Shown: positions 19,884 to 28,506, counted from the stretch's first letter. The stretch: 35,563 nucleotides of DNA from an uncultured Nitrosomonas sp. (GCA_964401225.1 CAYNXU010000001.1:1218-36780); one strand, 5' to 3'. Numbers and translations are program-made. Notes: generated by a model not told the origin, from the sequence alone.

Positions 19884-21362
19884 CTATTGAATATTAATAC
19901 GCTGACTAATAGTATCGTTCATCAAATTCATGGTAGACAGGGATAAATCAATCAATGGCGCTGGCCATAAGCCAAATAACACAATCCCTAACACGAGTAC
20001 GCTAGAAGCTAATAATTCAAATATCCTGAGATCCTCAATCTCCCGCATTTGAGGTTTTACTGGGCCTGTAAACAACATTCCAACCGTACGCATTGCATAA
20101 GCAGAGCCAATCAGAATGCTCAACCCAAGTAAAATCATCAAGTTACCCCACTGCTGAAACCCACCAACAACTGCATGCAACTCGGCAATAAAACTGACGG
20201 AACCAGGCAGACCCATCGCTGCAAATAAGGTAATTGTCATAAATAAGGCAAAGCGAGGCATTACCTGAACCAACGAGCTATAATCGAGAATGTTACGGGT
20301 ATGGGTGCGCTCATACAGTAACCCTACCAGCAGGAACATTGCACCGGCCACTAAGCCATGCGCCGTCATTTGCAAGATGGCACCCATCATCCCGGTTTTA
20401 TTCAAAGTTGCAATATCGAGCAATACGACACCCATGTGACTCACTGATGAATACGCCACCATTGCCTTGAGATCTGTTTGCCGCCAAGCTAATAATCCCC
20501 CGTATATCATGCCAACCAGCGCGAGAACAACGAGCGTTCCTTGTAGCAATTGCGTTGCTTCTGGCAACATCACTACGACTCGAATCAGTCCATAAGCACC
20601 CATTTTCAGCAAAATGCCAGAAAGCAAAATACTGATCGGACTTGGCGCCTCGACATGCGCCAAAGGCAGCCATCCATGTAATGGGAAAATTGGCATTTTG
20701 ACTCCAAAGCCAATCAGAAACCCTAACAACACCCAGACCTGTTGGTCTCTGGGCATGCTCTGAGCAGCTATGCTCATATCGGACATCAATGTGCCACTAT
20801 GTGCAGGCATATACTGACTGATCGCAAACAAACTAATCAGCATGAAAATCGAGCCACCCATGGTGTAGAGCACAAAATTGAGACTTGCAATATGGCGGCG
20901 CATCCCACCCCAGCGACCAATCAATAAAAACAACGGCGAAAGGGTTAACTCCCAAAAGATATAAAATAGCGACCAATCTTGAGCTAGAAAAACACCCAAC
21001 ATACCAAACTCAAGCAATAAAATACTTATATGATAGCTCTTGATATTGCTTGAAATATTGAATGAGGCGAGTAAGGCAACAGAAGTTAGCAATGTTGCCA
21101 GTACTACCATTGGTAATGACAAACCATCAACCCCTAATGCGAATGAGGTGCCAAGTTTTGGATTAAGGATGAACTGTTCGCCCAACTGCAAAGCGCCATC
21201 ATCCTGATTATAGATAAATACCAGCCAGCAACTCAGCAAGAGCGCGATTGTGGTAAACAAATTGGCTATGAAGCGAAGCTGACTGGTCTTATCGTGTGGT
21301 ATCAACGCCAAAACAACTATGCCTATTGCTGGCGTCCAAAGTAAAGTGCTTAGTATCCCCAT
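19884..21362 (-). CDS. NuoM-like antiporter-type membrane subunit #1 (canonical residues)
   Basis: YIFWE, FGVKMPIFPLHGWLPLAHVEAP, LLKMGAYG, DLKAMVAYSSVSHMG, TAHGL, GLPGSVSFIAE. Confidence 0.93.
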   Translation of the reverse strand: MGILSTLLWTPAIGIVVLALIPHDKTSQLRFIANLFTTIALLLSCWLVFIYNQDDGALQLGEQFILNPKLGTSFALGVDGLSLPMVVLATLLTSVALLASFNISSNIKSYHISILLLEFGMLGVFLAQDWSLFYIFWELTLSPLFLLIGRWGGMRRHIASLNFVLYTMGGSIFMLISLFAISQYMPAHSGTLMSDMSIAAQSMPRDQQVWVLLGFLIGFGVKMPIFPLHGWLPLAHVEAPSPISILLSGILLKMGAYGLIRVVVMLPEATQLLQGTLVVLALVGMIYGGLLAWRQTDLKAMVAYSSVSHMGVVLLDIATLNKTGMMGAILQMTAHGLVAGAMFLLVGLLYERTHTRNILDYSSLVQVMPRFALFMTITLFAAMGLPGSVSFIAELHAVVGGFQQWGNLMILLGLSILIGSAYAMRTVGMLFTGPVKPQMREIEDLRIFELLASSVLVLGIVLFGLWPAPLIDLSLSTMNLMNDTISQRINIQ

Positions 21363-21450
21363 TCTGCTAGCTTAGTGGCGTTTGTGATGGCGTAAAAGTT
21401 ATTAATTACTTATTACTTGATTATAGGAACAATTATCTAGACCAATTTGA

Positions 21451-21855
21451 TTAGCGTGGCCGAACTAGTAGAATAGAAGCATCCACTTTTGCGATCACCT
21501 GCTCTGCGACTGAGCCAACTACAAATCGCTCGAGCCCGCGACGATTCGCAGTACCCAACACCAATAGATTAGCGCCCCATTCATTGACTGCGTTAGCGAT
21601 AGCTTCGGAAATACCTGTCAAACCATACAACTCATCAGCTTCCAGTAAACGTGTTTCTACAGAGATCCCACCTCCAACCGACTCTTTGGCTCGCGCTAGT
21701 AATGCACTGGCTTCCTGAGTATTCTCTTCAGACTCGTTTATCACATGAACGATACATAACTCCCCTTTATAGGAGCTGGCAATATTGTTTGCTTCTTTCA
21801 AGGCTTCGTGGGATGTCTCGCTACTATCGATAGCAACCATGACTTTTCTGAACAT
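21451..21855 (-). CDS. Universal stress protein (single USP domain)
   Basis: MFRKVMVAIDSSE, CIVHV, LLVLGTANRRGLERFVVGSVAEQVI, SILLVR; AAGGAG RBS. Confidence 0.93.
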   Translation of the reverse strand: MFRKVMVAIDSSETSHEALKEANNIASSYKGELCIVHVINESEENTQEASALLARAKESVGGGISVETRLLEADELYGLTGISEAIANAVNEWGANLLVLGTANRRGLERFVVGSVAEQVIAKVDASILLVRPR

Positions 21856-21889
21856 AAAAAATACTCCTTGATGAATTAACGATTTTATT

Positions 21890-21930
21890 GGAAGACAAGG
21901 ATGTATAGACTCTCCTTATCCTTGCCCTCC
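21890..21930 (-). other. Intercistronic RNA hairpin between sulP and usp
   Basis: GGAAGACAAGGAT / ATCCTTGCCCTCC; both mismatches become G-U pairs on the minus (mRNA) strand, giving a 13-bp stem. Confidence 0.55.
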
Positions 21931-21985
21931 CGTAGATAAACTGTTTATTTACAGTATTATTAGCTGGCTGGTATAGAGAAAACTG

Positions 21986-23350
21986 CTAACTTACATTGCC
22001 GCTATCCCTTTTCAGATTTTCGATATACCGCTTGACAATCTGTTTGCTTGGCATTTTTTCATGGGTTAAATAAACTAAGAAATGAACGATGCCATGCACT
22101 GCCATTGCTATCAACAAACCTTCGAAAATTCCTAATTTCCACACCAAAGCTCCGCATAATATGGCCAGCATCATGGCATAGGGACCATGATGGGTAACAT
22201 GAAGCAATCCGGCTATCATTTTGTAGCCCGAGAGCAACATAATAGTCGCAATTGCAAATTTAGGCAGATACTCAAGATACTGGGAATTCCACATAAAGAA
22301 AGCTACTACCAGCCCGATGAATACAATAGAGAATTTAGTGTATGCTCCGGCCAGTCTATTTGTGGTACTTTTTGCCAAACCGTCCAGATTAGTCATCCCT
22401 CCGAAGAAGCTAGATCCCAGATTCGCAACCCAAATAGCCAACAAGCTATTATTACTGTTGCATTTACGCTTGAGCGGATCGATTTTCTCAATGGCTGCAT
22501 TACTCATCACCTGCTCGATTACATCGATGACTGCAAGCATCGCGCAAAACAGCACCATATAGACCAGAATCATAGCGCTGTCCACTTGCGGAATCGGAGC
22601 GGCAAACTTGATCTCGACATCCTCTACATAGAGCATCGGTACCGTCATAAACTGCGCTACGACAACACCCGCAATGATGATCGCAAAATAAGGCACTGCT
22701 GGCTTGGTATCCTTAAATTTGGAGAATAGATAGAGAAAACCGGCAAACCCAATCATAGAAATGGCAAACATTTGAATTCGTGCGGCATTCCAGAATTCAT
22801 CTACCGACACCTCAGCTTCTGGAATTTCATAGGTAAACTCAAAAAATTTGAGAAAAATCCTCAATCCAACGCCAGCCAGCAACCCTTCCACCAAATACAC
22901 AGGTATGGCAACTAGCAGATATCTCTGCCAATTGAAGTGCCAGATGACTGCTTGCATGACCGCCGTCAGAAAAATACAAAATGCCATATTCTGAACACCA
23001 AAACTGGCAACCCCTAATGCGAGCACAGGCGCCAAGCCTGCTGCAATTCCGGGACTACCGATATAGTTTCCCGGCCTGAACCAAGCAAAGATCCAGCCAA
23101 TCAAGCTGGCAAACGCTACCGTTGCTAACCCAACCTTAATTGGATAATCCGACATGATGGCGATACCGACTGATAATGGTATCGCCATGACTCCAGTCAC
23201 TATCCCCGCCGCTATATCTCGCCCAGCATACTGAGCCTGAAACGCTGCGGACCCTGTTACTGAAACAGGCCCTGTATCTTTGGGCTCCTGTTCGTGTGAC
23301 GTTGCTCTTTCTCCTTGAAGCGGTACTTTCTCATCTGCATGTGACGACAT
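21986..23350 (-). CDS. SulP/SLC26-family anion (probable bicarbonate) permease lacking a STAS domain, paralog B
   Basis: RDIAAGIVTGVMAIPLSVGIA, SSFFGGMTNLDGLAKSTTN; GGAGGT RBS; first gene after the candidate regulated promoter. Confidence 0.87.
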   Translation of the reverse strand: MSSHADEKVPLQGERATSHEQEPKDTGPVSVTGSAAFQAQYAGRDIAAGIVTGVMAIPLSVGIAIMSDYPIKVGLATVAFASLIGWIFAWFRPGNYIGSPGIAAGLAPVLALGVASFGVQNMAFCIFLTAVMQAVIWHFNWQRYLLVAIPVYLVEGLLAGVGLRIFLKFFEFTYEIPEAEVSVDEFWNAARIQMFAISMIGFAGFLYLFSKFKDTKPAVPYFAIIIAGVVVAQFMTVPMLYVEDVEIKFAAPIPQVDSAMILVYMVLFCAMLAVIDVIEQVMSNAAIEKIDPLKRKCNSNNSLLAIWVANLGSSFFGGMTNLDGLAKSTTNRLAGAYTKFSIVFIGLVVAFFMWNSQYLEYLPKFAIATIMLLSGYKMIAGLLHVTHHGPYAMMLAILCGALVWKLGIFEGLLIAMAVHGIVHFLVYLTHEKMPSKQIVKRYIENLKRDSGNVS

Positions 23351-23409
23351 GAATAACGACCTCCCAGTTAAATTCTAGATTTAGATTTAATGACTCTCGC
23401 AAGCTTTAA

Positions 23410-23444
23410 AATCTAACATGGGCCATGTGAAGAAAGCGTGAAGA
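23410..23444 (-). promoter_or_regulatory. Candidate OmpR-family (ColR-box-like) direct repeat plus extended -10 promoter
   Basis: Minus strand TCTTCAC-GCTT-TCTTCAC (23444-23427, 11-bp period). TAGATT (23415-23410) starts 11 nt later and is preceded by TGn. Confidence 0.55.
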
Positions 23445-23528
23445 TAGTTGACAGCAAAAGAAAGTTTAAAAATGCCTGGAGAACACTTAAATCGGCAATT
23501 AAGGAAACAGAGAACTAACTGCTTGTTT

Positions 23529-24827
23529 TCAGGGAAAAATGATATGAAAGGTTGCCCCACTTCCCGGGGTGCTATCGACCTCAATCTTCCACTCATAGTA
23601 ATCACAAATACGCTTCACGATCACGAGCCCGATTCCGAGTCCTTGCGTTTTTTCAGATCCTCGAAAGAACCGTTCGTAAAGAAAGGGCATAAAGGCCGGT
23701 TCAATACCAATACCCGAGTCCGCAATCGATAAACGTTTATTGTTATAGCTAATATGAATAAACCCCTTCTCGGTATATTGAACCGCGTTTCGAAGTAAAT
23801 TAACGAGAGCGGTATGCAAAGCCTGTCTATTGAGTGTCAATACGTCCCCGGGCTTGATCGCCACGTCAAGCTCAAGATTCTTCTGATAGATTTCTTCGCA
23901 AAAAGGCTCAACCGCATCGTAAACACACTCGGCAATGGCAACAGGCTCCATCGTACCCAGAGCCTGCTCTCGAGCCAGAAACAGCAACGCCTGCACTTGC
24001 TCGCTCATGCGGTTCGATACTGCCTCGATATTTTTTATACGCCCATAAGCTTTACTGGGTAAATTTTGATCAGCAAGCAACAATTCACAACTAGTCAAAA
24101 TGGTTGTAATCGGGGTCCGCAGCTCATGACTAATATTGGCGGTAAATTCCTGTTCACGCTGGAGCATTCTTACGATACGGTATTGATAATCTTCCAGCGT
24201 ACGAGCAAGCTGTGCGACTTCCTCATCCTGACCAGGCTGACTCAGTGACACACAATGGATATTGTTCGAGACGAGACCTTGTGCATTATGATTGGCGGGC
24301 ATCAATCGTTTTACCCGCTCTGCAAGATCCGTTACCTGCTTTACCAGTAGCCCCGCCAGTAAATATCCGACCAAAAAAGCAATAGCAACAACAGCTATAA
24401 GAGATAAAACAACAAGCAATCTGAATTCACGTTGCCGCTGCTCGTGAAGTCCAATTTTGTAGGCGATGACAAACTTAGCTCCTTCAGCATGCTGTACCAG
24501 CACACGGATTTCCTGATCATCACGAAAAATTTTATGCGATCCTCGATCGAGTTTCTGCAAATAACCAGGTAACTGTGATTCCTCCAGGGAATTGCGTATC
24601 ACGTAACTTTTGAGACTGGAGCCTATATGTGGCGTAAAGTATGTATGCTGGAGATAATGATGAATCACATGATTCATTTCTGCCTTCATGATCTGCTCAA
24701 TATGCTCTTCCTCGATGTCATCAGACGCAAAATATAGACTGATTGCAAGCGCACCAACAATAATGATACAGAAAATCGCTAGCGCCAGCGTCACACGCAG
24801 GCGAATGCCATACTTAATCTTGAACAC
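23529..24827 (-). CDS. Sensor histidine kinase, ColS-like
   Basis: Two TM helices, HAMP (DEEVAQLA), H-box FTANISHELRTP, N-box NLLRNAVQYT, DSGIGI, GLGIGL. Periplasmic LPGYLQKLDRGSHKIFRD resembles Pseudomonas ColS. Confidence 0.92.
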   Translation of the reverse strand: MFKIKYGIRLRVTLALAIFCIIIVGALAISLYFASDDIEEEHIEQIMKAEMNHVIHHYLQHTYFTPHIGSSLKSYVIRNSLEESQLPGYLQKLDRGSHKIFRDDQEIRVLVQHAEGAKFVIAYKIGLHEQRQREFRLLVVLSLIAVVAIAFLVGYLLAGLLVKQVTDLAERVKRLMPANHNAQGLVSNNIHCVSLSQPGQDEEVAQLARTLEDYQYRIVRMLQREQEFTANISHELRTPITTILTSCELLLADQNLPSKAYGRIKNIEAVSNRMSEQVQALLFLAREQALGTMEPVAIAECVYDAVEPFCEEIYQKNLELDVAIKPGDVLTLNRQALHTALVNLLRNAVQYTEKGFIHISYNNKRLSIADSGIGIEPAFMPFLYERFFRGSEKTQGLGIGLVIVKRICDYYEWKIEVDSTPGSGATFHIIFP

Positions 24828-25497
24828 TAGAACTCAGGCAATAACCAAGACCATGGACCGTCTCGATGGGATCATATCCACCCGCTTTTGTTAAAGCTCG
24901 CCTCAATACATGCATGTGACTTCGCAATGTATCACTCGTTTCTTGCTCCTCTTCCCAAGCTTCAAGCTCAAGCTCTTTGCGACTAAATACCCGCCCCGGC
25001 TCGCTCATCATGAGTGCGAGCAACCGAATACATTTCGGTGGCAATTTAACGTCATGCTCCGCAAAGCGAATCGATAATGTTTTTGGGTCATAAGAAAGAT
25101 CTCCCACCTCCAGTTTCCGAGCGGCCACTTTACCTTTATACCGTTTATGCATGGCTATCAAACGGGCCTCGACTTCCTTAAGTGCAAATGGCTTGACGAG
25201 ATAATCATCCGCACCACTCTCGAAACCACTCAGCTTATCCTCCAGCGTATCACGAGCCGTTAGCATCAAGATCGGTATATCAATTTGACACTCATGACGA
25301 AGCTTTTGACATAACGTCATTCCATCTAGTTTCGGCAATTTCAGGTCAAGCAGGATAGCATCAAAAGATTGTGTGCTGGCAAGATGAAACCCAGTGAGGC
25401 CATCCAGTGCCGCATCAGCCTTATGACCACGTGACTCCAGAAAATCATAGAGATTCGTGGCTATTGCCTGATCATCCTCGATAATGAGTATACGCAT
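24814..25497 (-). CDS. OmpR/PhoB-family response regulator, ColR-like
   Basis: MRILIIEDD (ATG 25497), LLDLKLP phospho-Asp, LTARD, GADDYLVKPF, wHTH SDTLRSHMHVLR...ETVHGLGY; overlaps the kinase start. Confidence 0.93.
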   Translation of the reverse strand: MRILIIEDDQAIATNLYDFLESRGHKADAALDGLTGFHLASTQSFDAILLDLKLPKLDGMTLCQKLRHECQIDIPILMLTARDTLEDKLSGFESGADDYLVKPFALKEVEARLIAMHKRYKGKVAARKLEVGDLSYDPKTLSIRFAEHDVKLPPKCIRLLALMMSEPGRVFSRKELELEAWEEEQETSDTLRSHMHVLRRALTKAGGYDPIETVHGLGYCLSSSVQD

Positions 25498-25530
25498 ATG
25501 CAAAAAAGCCGGTTGTATTAGAATAATCAA

Positions 25531-26598
25531 CTAATCCATATGATATGGACGACTAAGCGTATGCACAGCTTCTACAAGCGTTAATGCATTTTCGGGGGGG
25601 GTAAACTGGGAAATCCCATGACCGAGATTAAATACATGTCCTGCACCATGACCATAGCTAGCCAACACCTTTTCAACCTCGGCAGTAATCGTATCTGCTG
25701 AAGCGAATAAAACAGCTGGATCAAGATTACCTTGCAACGCGACCTGATCATGAACTCGACGACGGGCTTCCCCAATATCTATTGTCCAATCCACACCGAT
25801 CGCATCACACTGGCTGTTGACCATTTTTTCCAGCCATAATCCGCCCCCTTTCGTGAAAATAACATTAGGTATACGCGCGCCCTCGCATTCACGTTTAAGA
25901 CCTGCGATGATTTGAGTCATATAATGCAAAGAAAATTCCAGATAAGCTGATTGTGATAATGCACCCCCCCAGGTATCAAAAATCATGACCGCCTGAGCAC
26001 CTGCTTCAATTTGTGCATTAAGATAAGTTGTGACAGCGCGCGCATTGACATCAAGAATGTGATGCAACAAGTCGGGACGCTGATACAGCATGGTTTTGAT
26101 TTGACGGAAATCGGTACCTCCACACCCTTCCACCATATAACACGCCAGCGTGAATGGACTGCCGGAAAAACCAATGAGAGGCACCTGATCATTTAATGCT
26201 TTGCGTATTTGCGAAACAGCATCGATGACATAGCGCAAATGCACATCAGGATCGGGTACGGCGAGGGAACGAATTTCCCATTCCTCGCGCAAAGGCCGCT
26301 CAAATCGTGGTCCTTCCCCTTCTGCAAAATAAAGCCCTAAACCCATCGCATCTGGAATGGTCAGAATATCCGAAAATAAAATCGCCGCATCCAATGGAAA
26401 GCGTGCCAATGGCTGTAGAGTGACTTCAGTCGCAAAATCAGGATTCTTACACAGCGACAGAAAATCACCTGCACGCGCACGTGTCTGGTTGTATTCGGGC
26501 AAATAACGCCCCGCCTGCCGCATGAGCCATACAGGCGTATATTCAGTCGGCTGGCGTAGCAATGCCCGTATTAAAGTATCATTTCTTAATTTTGTCAT
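25531..26598 (-). CDS. hemE: Uroporphyrinogen decarboxylase
   Basis: [50 protein letters not shown]. Confidence 0.98.
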   Translation of the reverse strand: MTKLRNDTLIRALLRQPTEYTPVWLMRQAGRYLPEYNQTRARAGDFLSLCKNPDFATEVTLQPLARFPLDAAILFSDILTIPDAMGLGLYFAEGEGPRFERPLREEWEIRSLAVPDPDVHLRYVIDAVSQIRKALNDQVPLIGFSGSPFTLACYMVEGCGGTDFRQIKTMLYQRPDLLHHILDVNARAVTTYLNAQIEAGAQAVMIFDTWGGALSQSAYLEFSLHYMTQIIAGLKRECEGARIPNVIFTKGGGLWLEKMVNSQCDAIGVDWTIDIGEARRRVHDQVALQGNLDPAVLFASADTITAEVEKVLASYGHGAGHVFNLGHGISQFTPPENALTLVEAVHTLSRPYHMD

Positions 26599-26826
26599 TG
26601 AATGATCTATATTTAATTAGGTTGGATATTAGAGTAGAAAAAATTAAATTCAATTCAATTCTGTAGATTGCGTTAATTTTTTATCGAAATTAACCATATA
26701 TGTTACCAGTGATTAGCTCAGGAATCGCATATTTCAAAAAGGAAAATGTAGATTCATTTCCAACTTAATTATATCCACCACCCTTCAGTCATTTTTCAGC
26801 TAAAGCATTCTCATTTGCGCACGAAC

Positions 26827-26874
26827 TGTGGATAATAAAGTAATTTTGATGTTTCTCAATTAATTCAGTAAAAT
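26827..26874 (+). promoter_or_regulatory. Sigma70 promoter of the rpsF operon with an upstream DnaA box
   Basis: TTGATG (26846-26851) - 17 nt - TAAAAT (26869-26874); perfect DnaA box TGTGGATAA at 26827-26835. Confidence 0.6.
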
Positions 26875-26911
26875 ACGCGACTGCTATATTTTAATATCAA
26901 CCTTTTGCTAA

Positions 26912-26970
26912 CCCTTGCTTCACCGTAACCATAAAATTTATTAACGGGAAGCTATACCCATAAGGATATT
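26912..26970 (+). promoter_or_regulatory. S6:S18 ribosomal protein leader (autoregulatory RNA)
   Basis: CCTT-GCTTC-A-CCGT...ACGG-GAAGC-TATAC-CCA-TAAGG. A hairpin, an unpaired CCR and CCTT pairing with the AAGG RBS give the architecture of the known rpsF leader. Confidence 0.75.
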
Positions 26971-27399
26971 ATGAGACATTACGAAATAGTTTTTATCGTT
27001 CACCCTGATCAAAGTGAACAAGTACCAGCCATGATTGAACGCTACCAGGGTATCGTTACTTCTAAAGGTGGGATAACTCATCGTGTGGAAGATTGGGGAA
27101 GACGCCAGCTCGCCTATCTTATCCAGAAAGTGCACAAAGCGCATTACGTCCTAATGAATATCGAATGTAATCAAGAAACACTAGACGAACTCGAGCATGC
27201 TTTTAAATTCAGCGACGCAGTGCTTCGACATCTCACAATCAGAATGGATCAGGCAGTTACAACGCCTTCTATTATGATGCAAGAGGATAGCGCCAGACTC
27301 TCCATGGCAAGTGATGATACGGGCGTCACTCCAGAAGTTGCGCAAGATGTAGAAGAAAATGTAGAAGGCATATCTGAAAGTGCCAGCGTTGAAACTTAA
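26971..27399 (+). CDS. rpsF: 30S ribosomal protein S6
   Basis: [29 protein letters not shown], acidic tail. Confidence 0.99.
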   Translation: MRHYEIVFIVHPDQSEQVPAMIERYQGIVTSKGGITHRVEDWGRRQLAYLIQKVHKAHYVLMNIECNQETLDELEHAFKFSDAVLRHLTIRMDQAVTTPSIMMQEDSARLSMASDDTGVTPEVAQDVEENVEGISESASVET

Positions 27400-27412
27400 A
27401 ACAGATTAGCTA

Positions 27413-27709
27413 TTGAACTGTAATCAGGTCGTTATTTGCGGGAAAATTACCAAACTTGGACAGCTACGCTTTACCCCTGCGGGTAAAGCAGTTATAGAAT
27501 TCGAGATAACCCATAGCTCAAATCAGATAGAGGCAGGGATTCAGCGGCAAATCGCCTGCGAAATTTTTGCGGTGGCATTGGCTGATATCGCCAAGACAAT
27601 TTCCGGCCTGACGATCGGCAGTTCTGTTAAGTTAACTGGATTTCTTACTAAAAAAAGTAAAATAAGCTCTCAACTAGCGTTACACGTAACCCATACCGAT
27701 ATCGTATAA
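27413..27709 (+). CDS. priB: Primosomal replication protein N (PriB)
   Basis: LRFTPAG, H.S.QIEAG..RQ; canonical position between rpsF and rpsR; TTG start. Confidence 0.93.
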   Translation: MNCNQVVICGKITKLGQLRFTPAGKAVIEFEITHSSNQIEAGIQRQIACEIFAVALADIAKTISGLTIGSSVKLTGFLTKKSKISSQLALHVTHTDIV

Positions 27710-27734
27710 ACATTCAGGAAATAGGAAAATCACG

Positions 27735-28013
27735 ATGAGATTTACAAGAAATAAAGATAGCCGTCTTAAAAATAAGGACAAAATGGCTAATCGCCCTTTG
27801 TTCAAGCGCAAAAAGTTTTGTCGCTTTACAGTAGAAGGCATCAAAACGATCGACTATAAAAATATTGAAATACTAAAAGACTTCATTAGCGAGAATGGCA
27901 GGATCATTCCTGCTCGAATTACTGGCACAAAATCATATTATCAGCGCCAGCTTAATACAGCGATAGAACGCGCACGTTTTCTTGCGCTGCTACCCTACAC
28001 TGATCGACATTGA
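27735..28013 (+). CDS. rpsR: 30S ribosomal protein S18
   Basis: [30 protein letters not shown]. Confidence 0.99.
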   Translation: MRFTRNKDSRLKNKDKMANRPLFKRKKFCRFTVEGIKTIDYKNIEILKDFISENGRIIPARITGTKSYYQRQLNTAIERARFLALLPYTDRH

Positions 28014-28031
28014 GAACCGAGGAGAAATAAT

Positions 28032-28487
28032 ATGCAAGTAATATTGCTGGAAAAAATTGTGAATCTCGGACAATTGGGCGACATCGTCAATGTTAAAAGA
28101 GGATATGCACGCAATTATCTGATACCTCAAGGCAAGGCTAAGTGGGCAACTGAAAGTGCGATTGCCGATTTTAAAACCAGACGCGCTGAGCTAGAAAAGA
28201 AACAAGCCGAGACTACTGCAGCCGCCCAGGCGCTCGCAGCCAAACTGGATGGCCTGCTTGTACAGATCACTCAAAAAAGTGGGGTGGATGGTAAATTGTT
28301 TGGTTCGGTTACCAATGCAAATATTGCTGAAGCACTTCAAGGCCAAGGGTTTACTATTGATAAATCCATGATTCGCATGCCGGATGGTCAGCTCAAGCAA
28401 GTGGGTGACTATACACTCACTATCGTATTGCACGGCGATGTTACGGCACATATTACCGTGTCAGTGCTGGGTGAAGCCACTACTTGA
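28032..28487 (+). CDS. rplI: 50S ribosomal protein L9
   Basis: [39 protein letters not shown]. Confidence 0.99.
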   Translation: MQVILLEKIVNLGQLGDIVNVKRGYARNYLIPQGKAKWATESAIADFKTRRAELEKKQAETTAAAQALAAKLDGLLVQITQKSGVDGKLFGSVTNANIAEALQGQGFTIDKSMIRMPDGQLKQVGDYTLTIVLHGDVTAHITVSVLGEATT

Positions 28488-28506
28488 TACTGCTGCTCAC
28501 CTCAAC

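Noticed and set aside
11923-21362. Reading the nuoL/nuoM-like genes as a respiratory complex I, Mrp antiporter or hydrogenase-4 operon
   Set aside because: No nuoA-K/N, mrpBCEFG or hydrogenase subunits are present, and the genes are interleaved with DUF2309.
22187-22729. 180-aa antisense ORF in sulP-B, similar antisense ORFs in both sulP copies, and other short overlapping ORFs in the track
   Set aside because: These are shadows of conserved coding strands; similarity between 8167-8463 and 22317-22562 simply reflects sulP paralogy.
26599-26970. oriC next to hemE, as in Alphaproteobacteria
   Set aside because: Only one perfect DnaA box, no obvious strand-skew switch by eye, and the region is explained as a divergent promoter plus S6:S18 leader.
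27735-27790. N-terminal extension of S18 and acidic tail of S6
   Set aside because: Both are common in Betaproteobacteria and not unusual.
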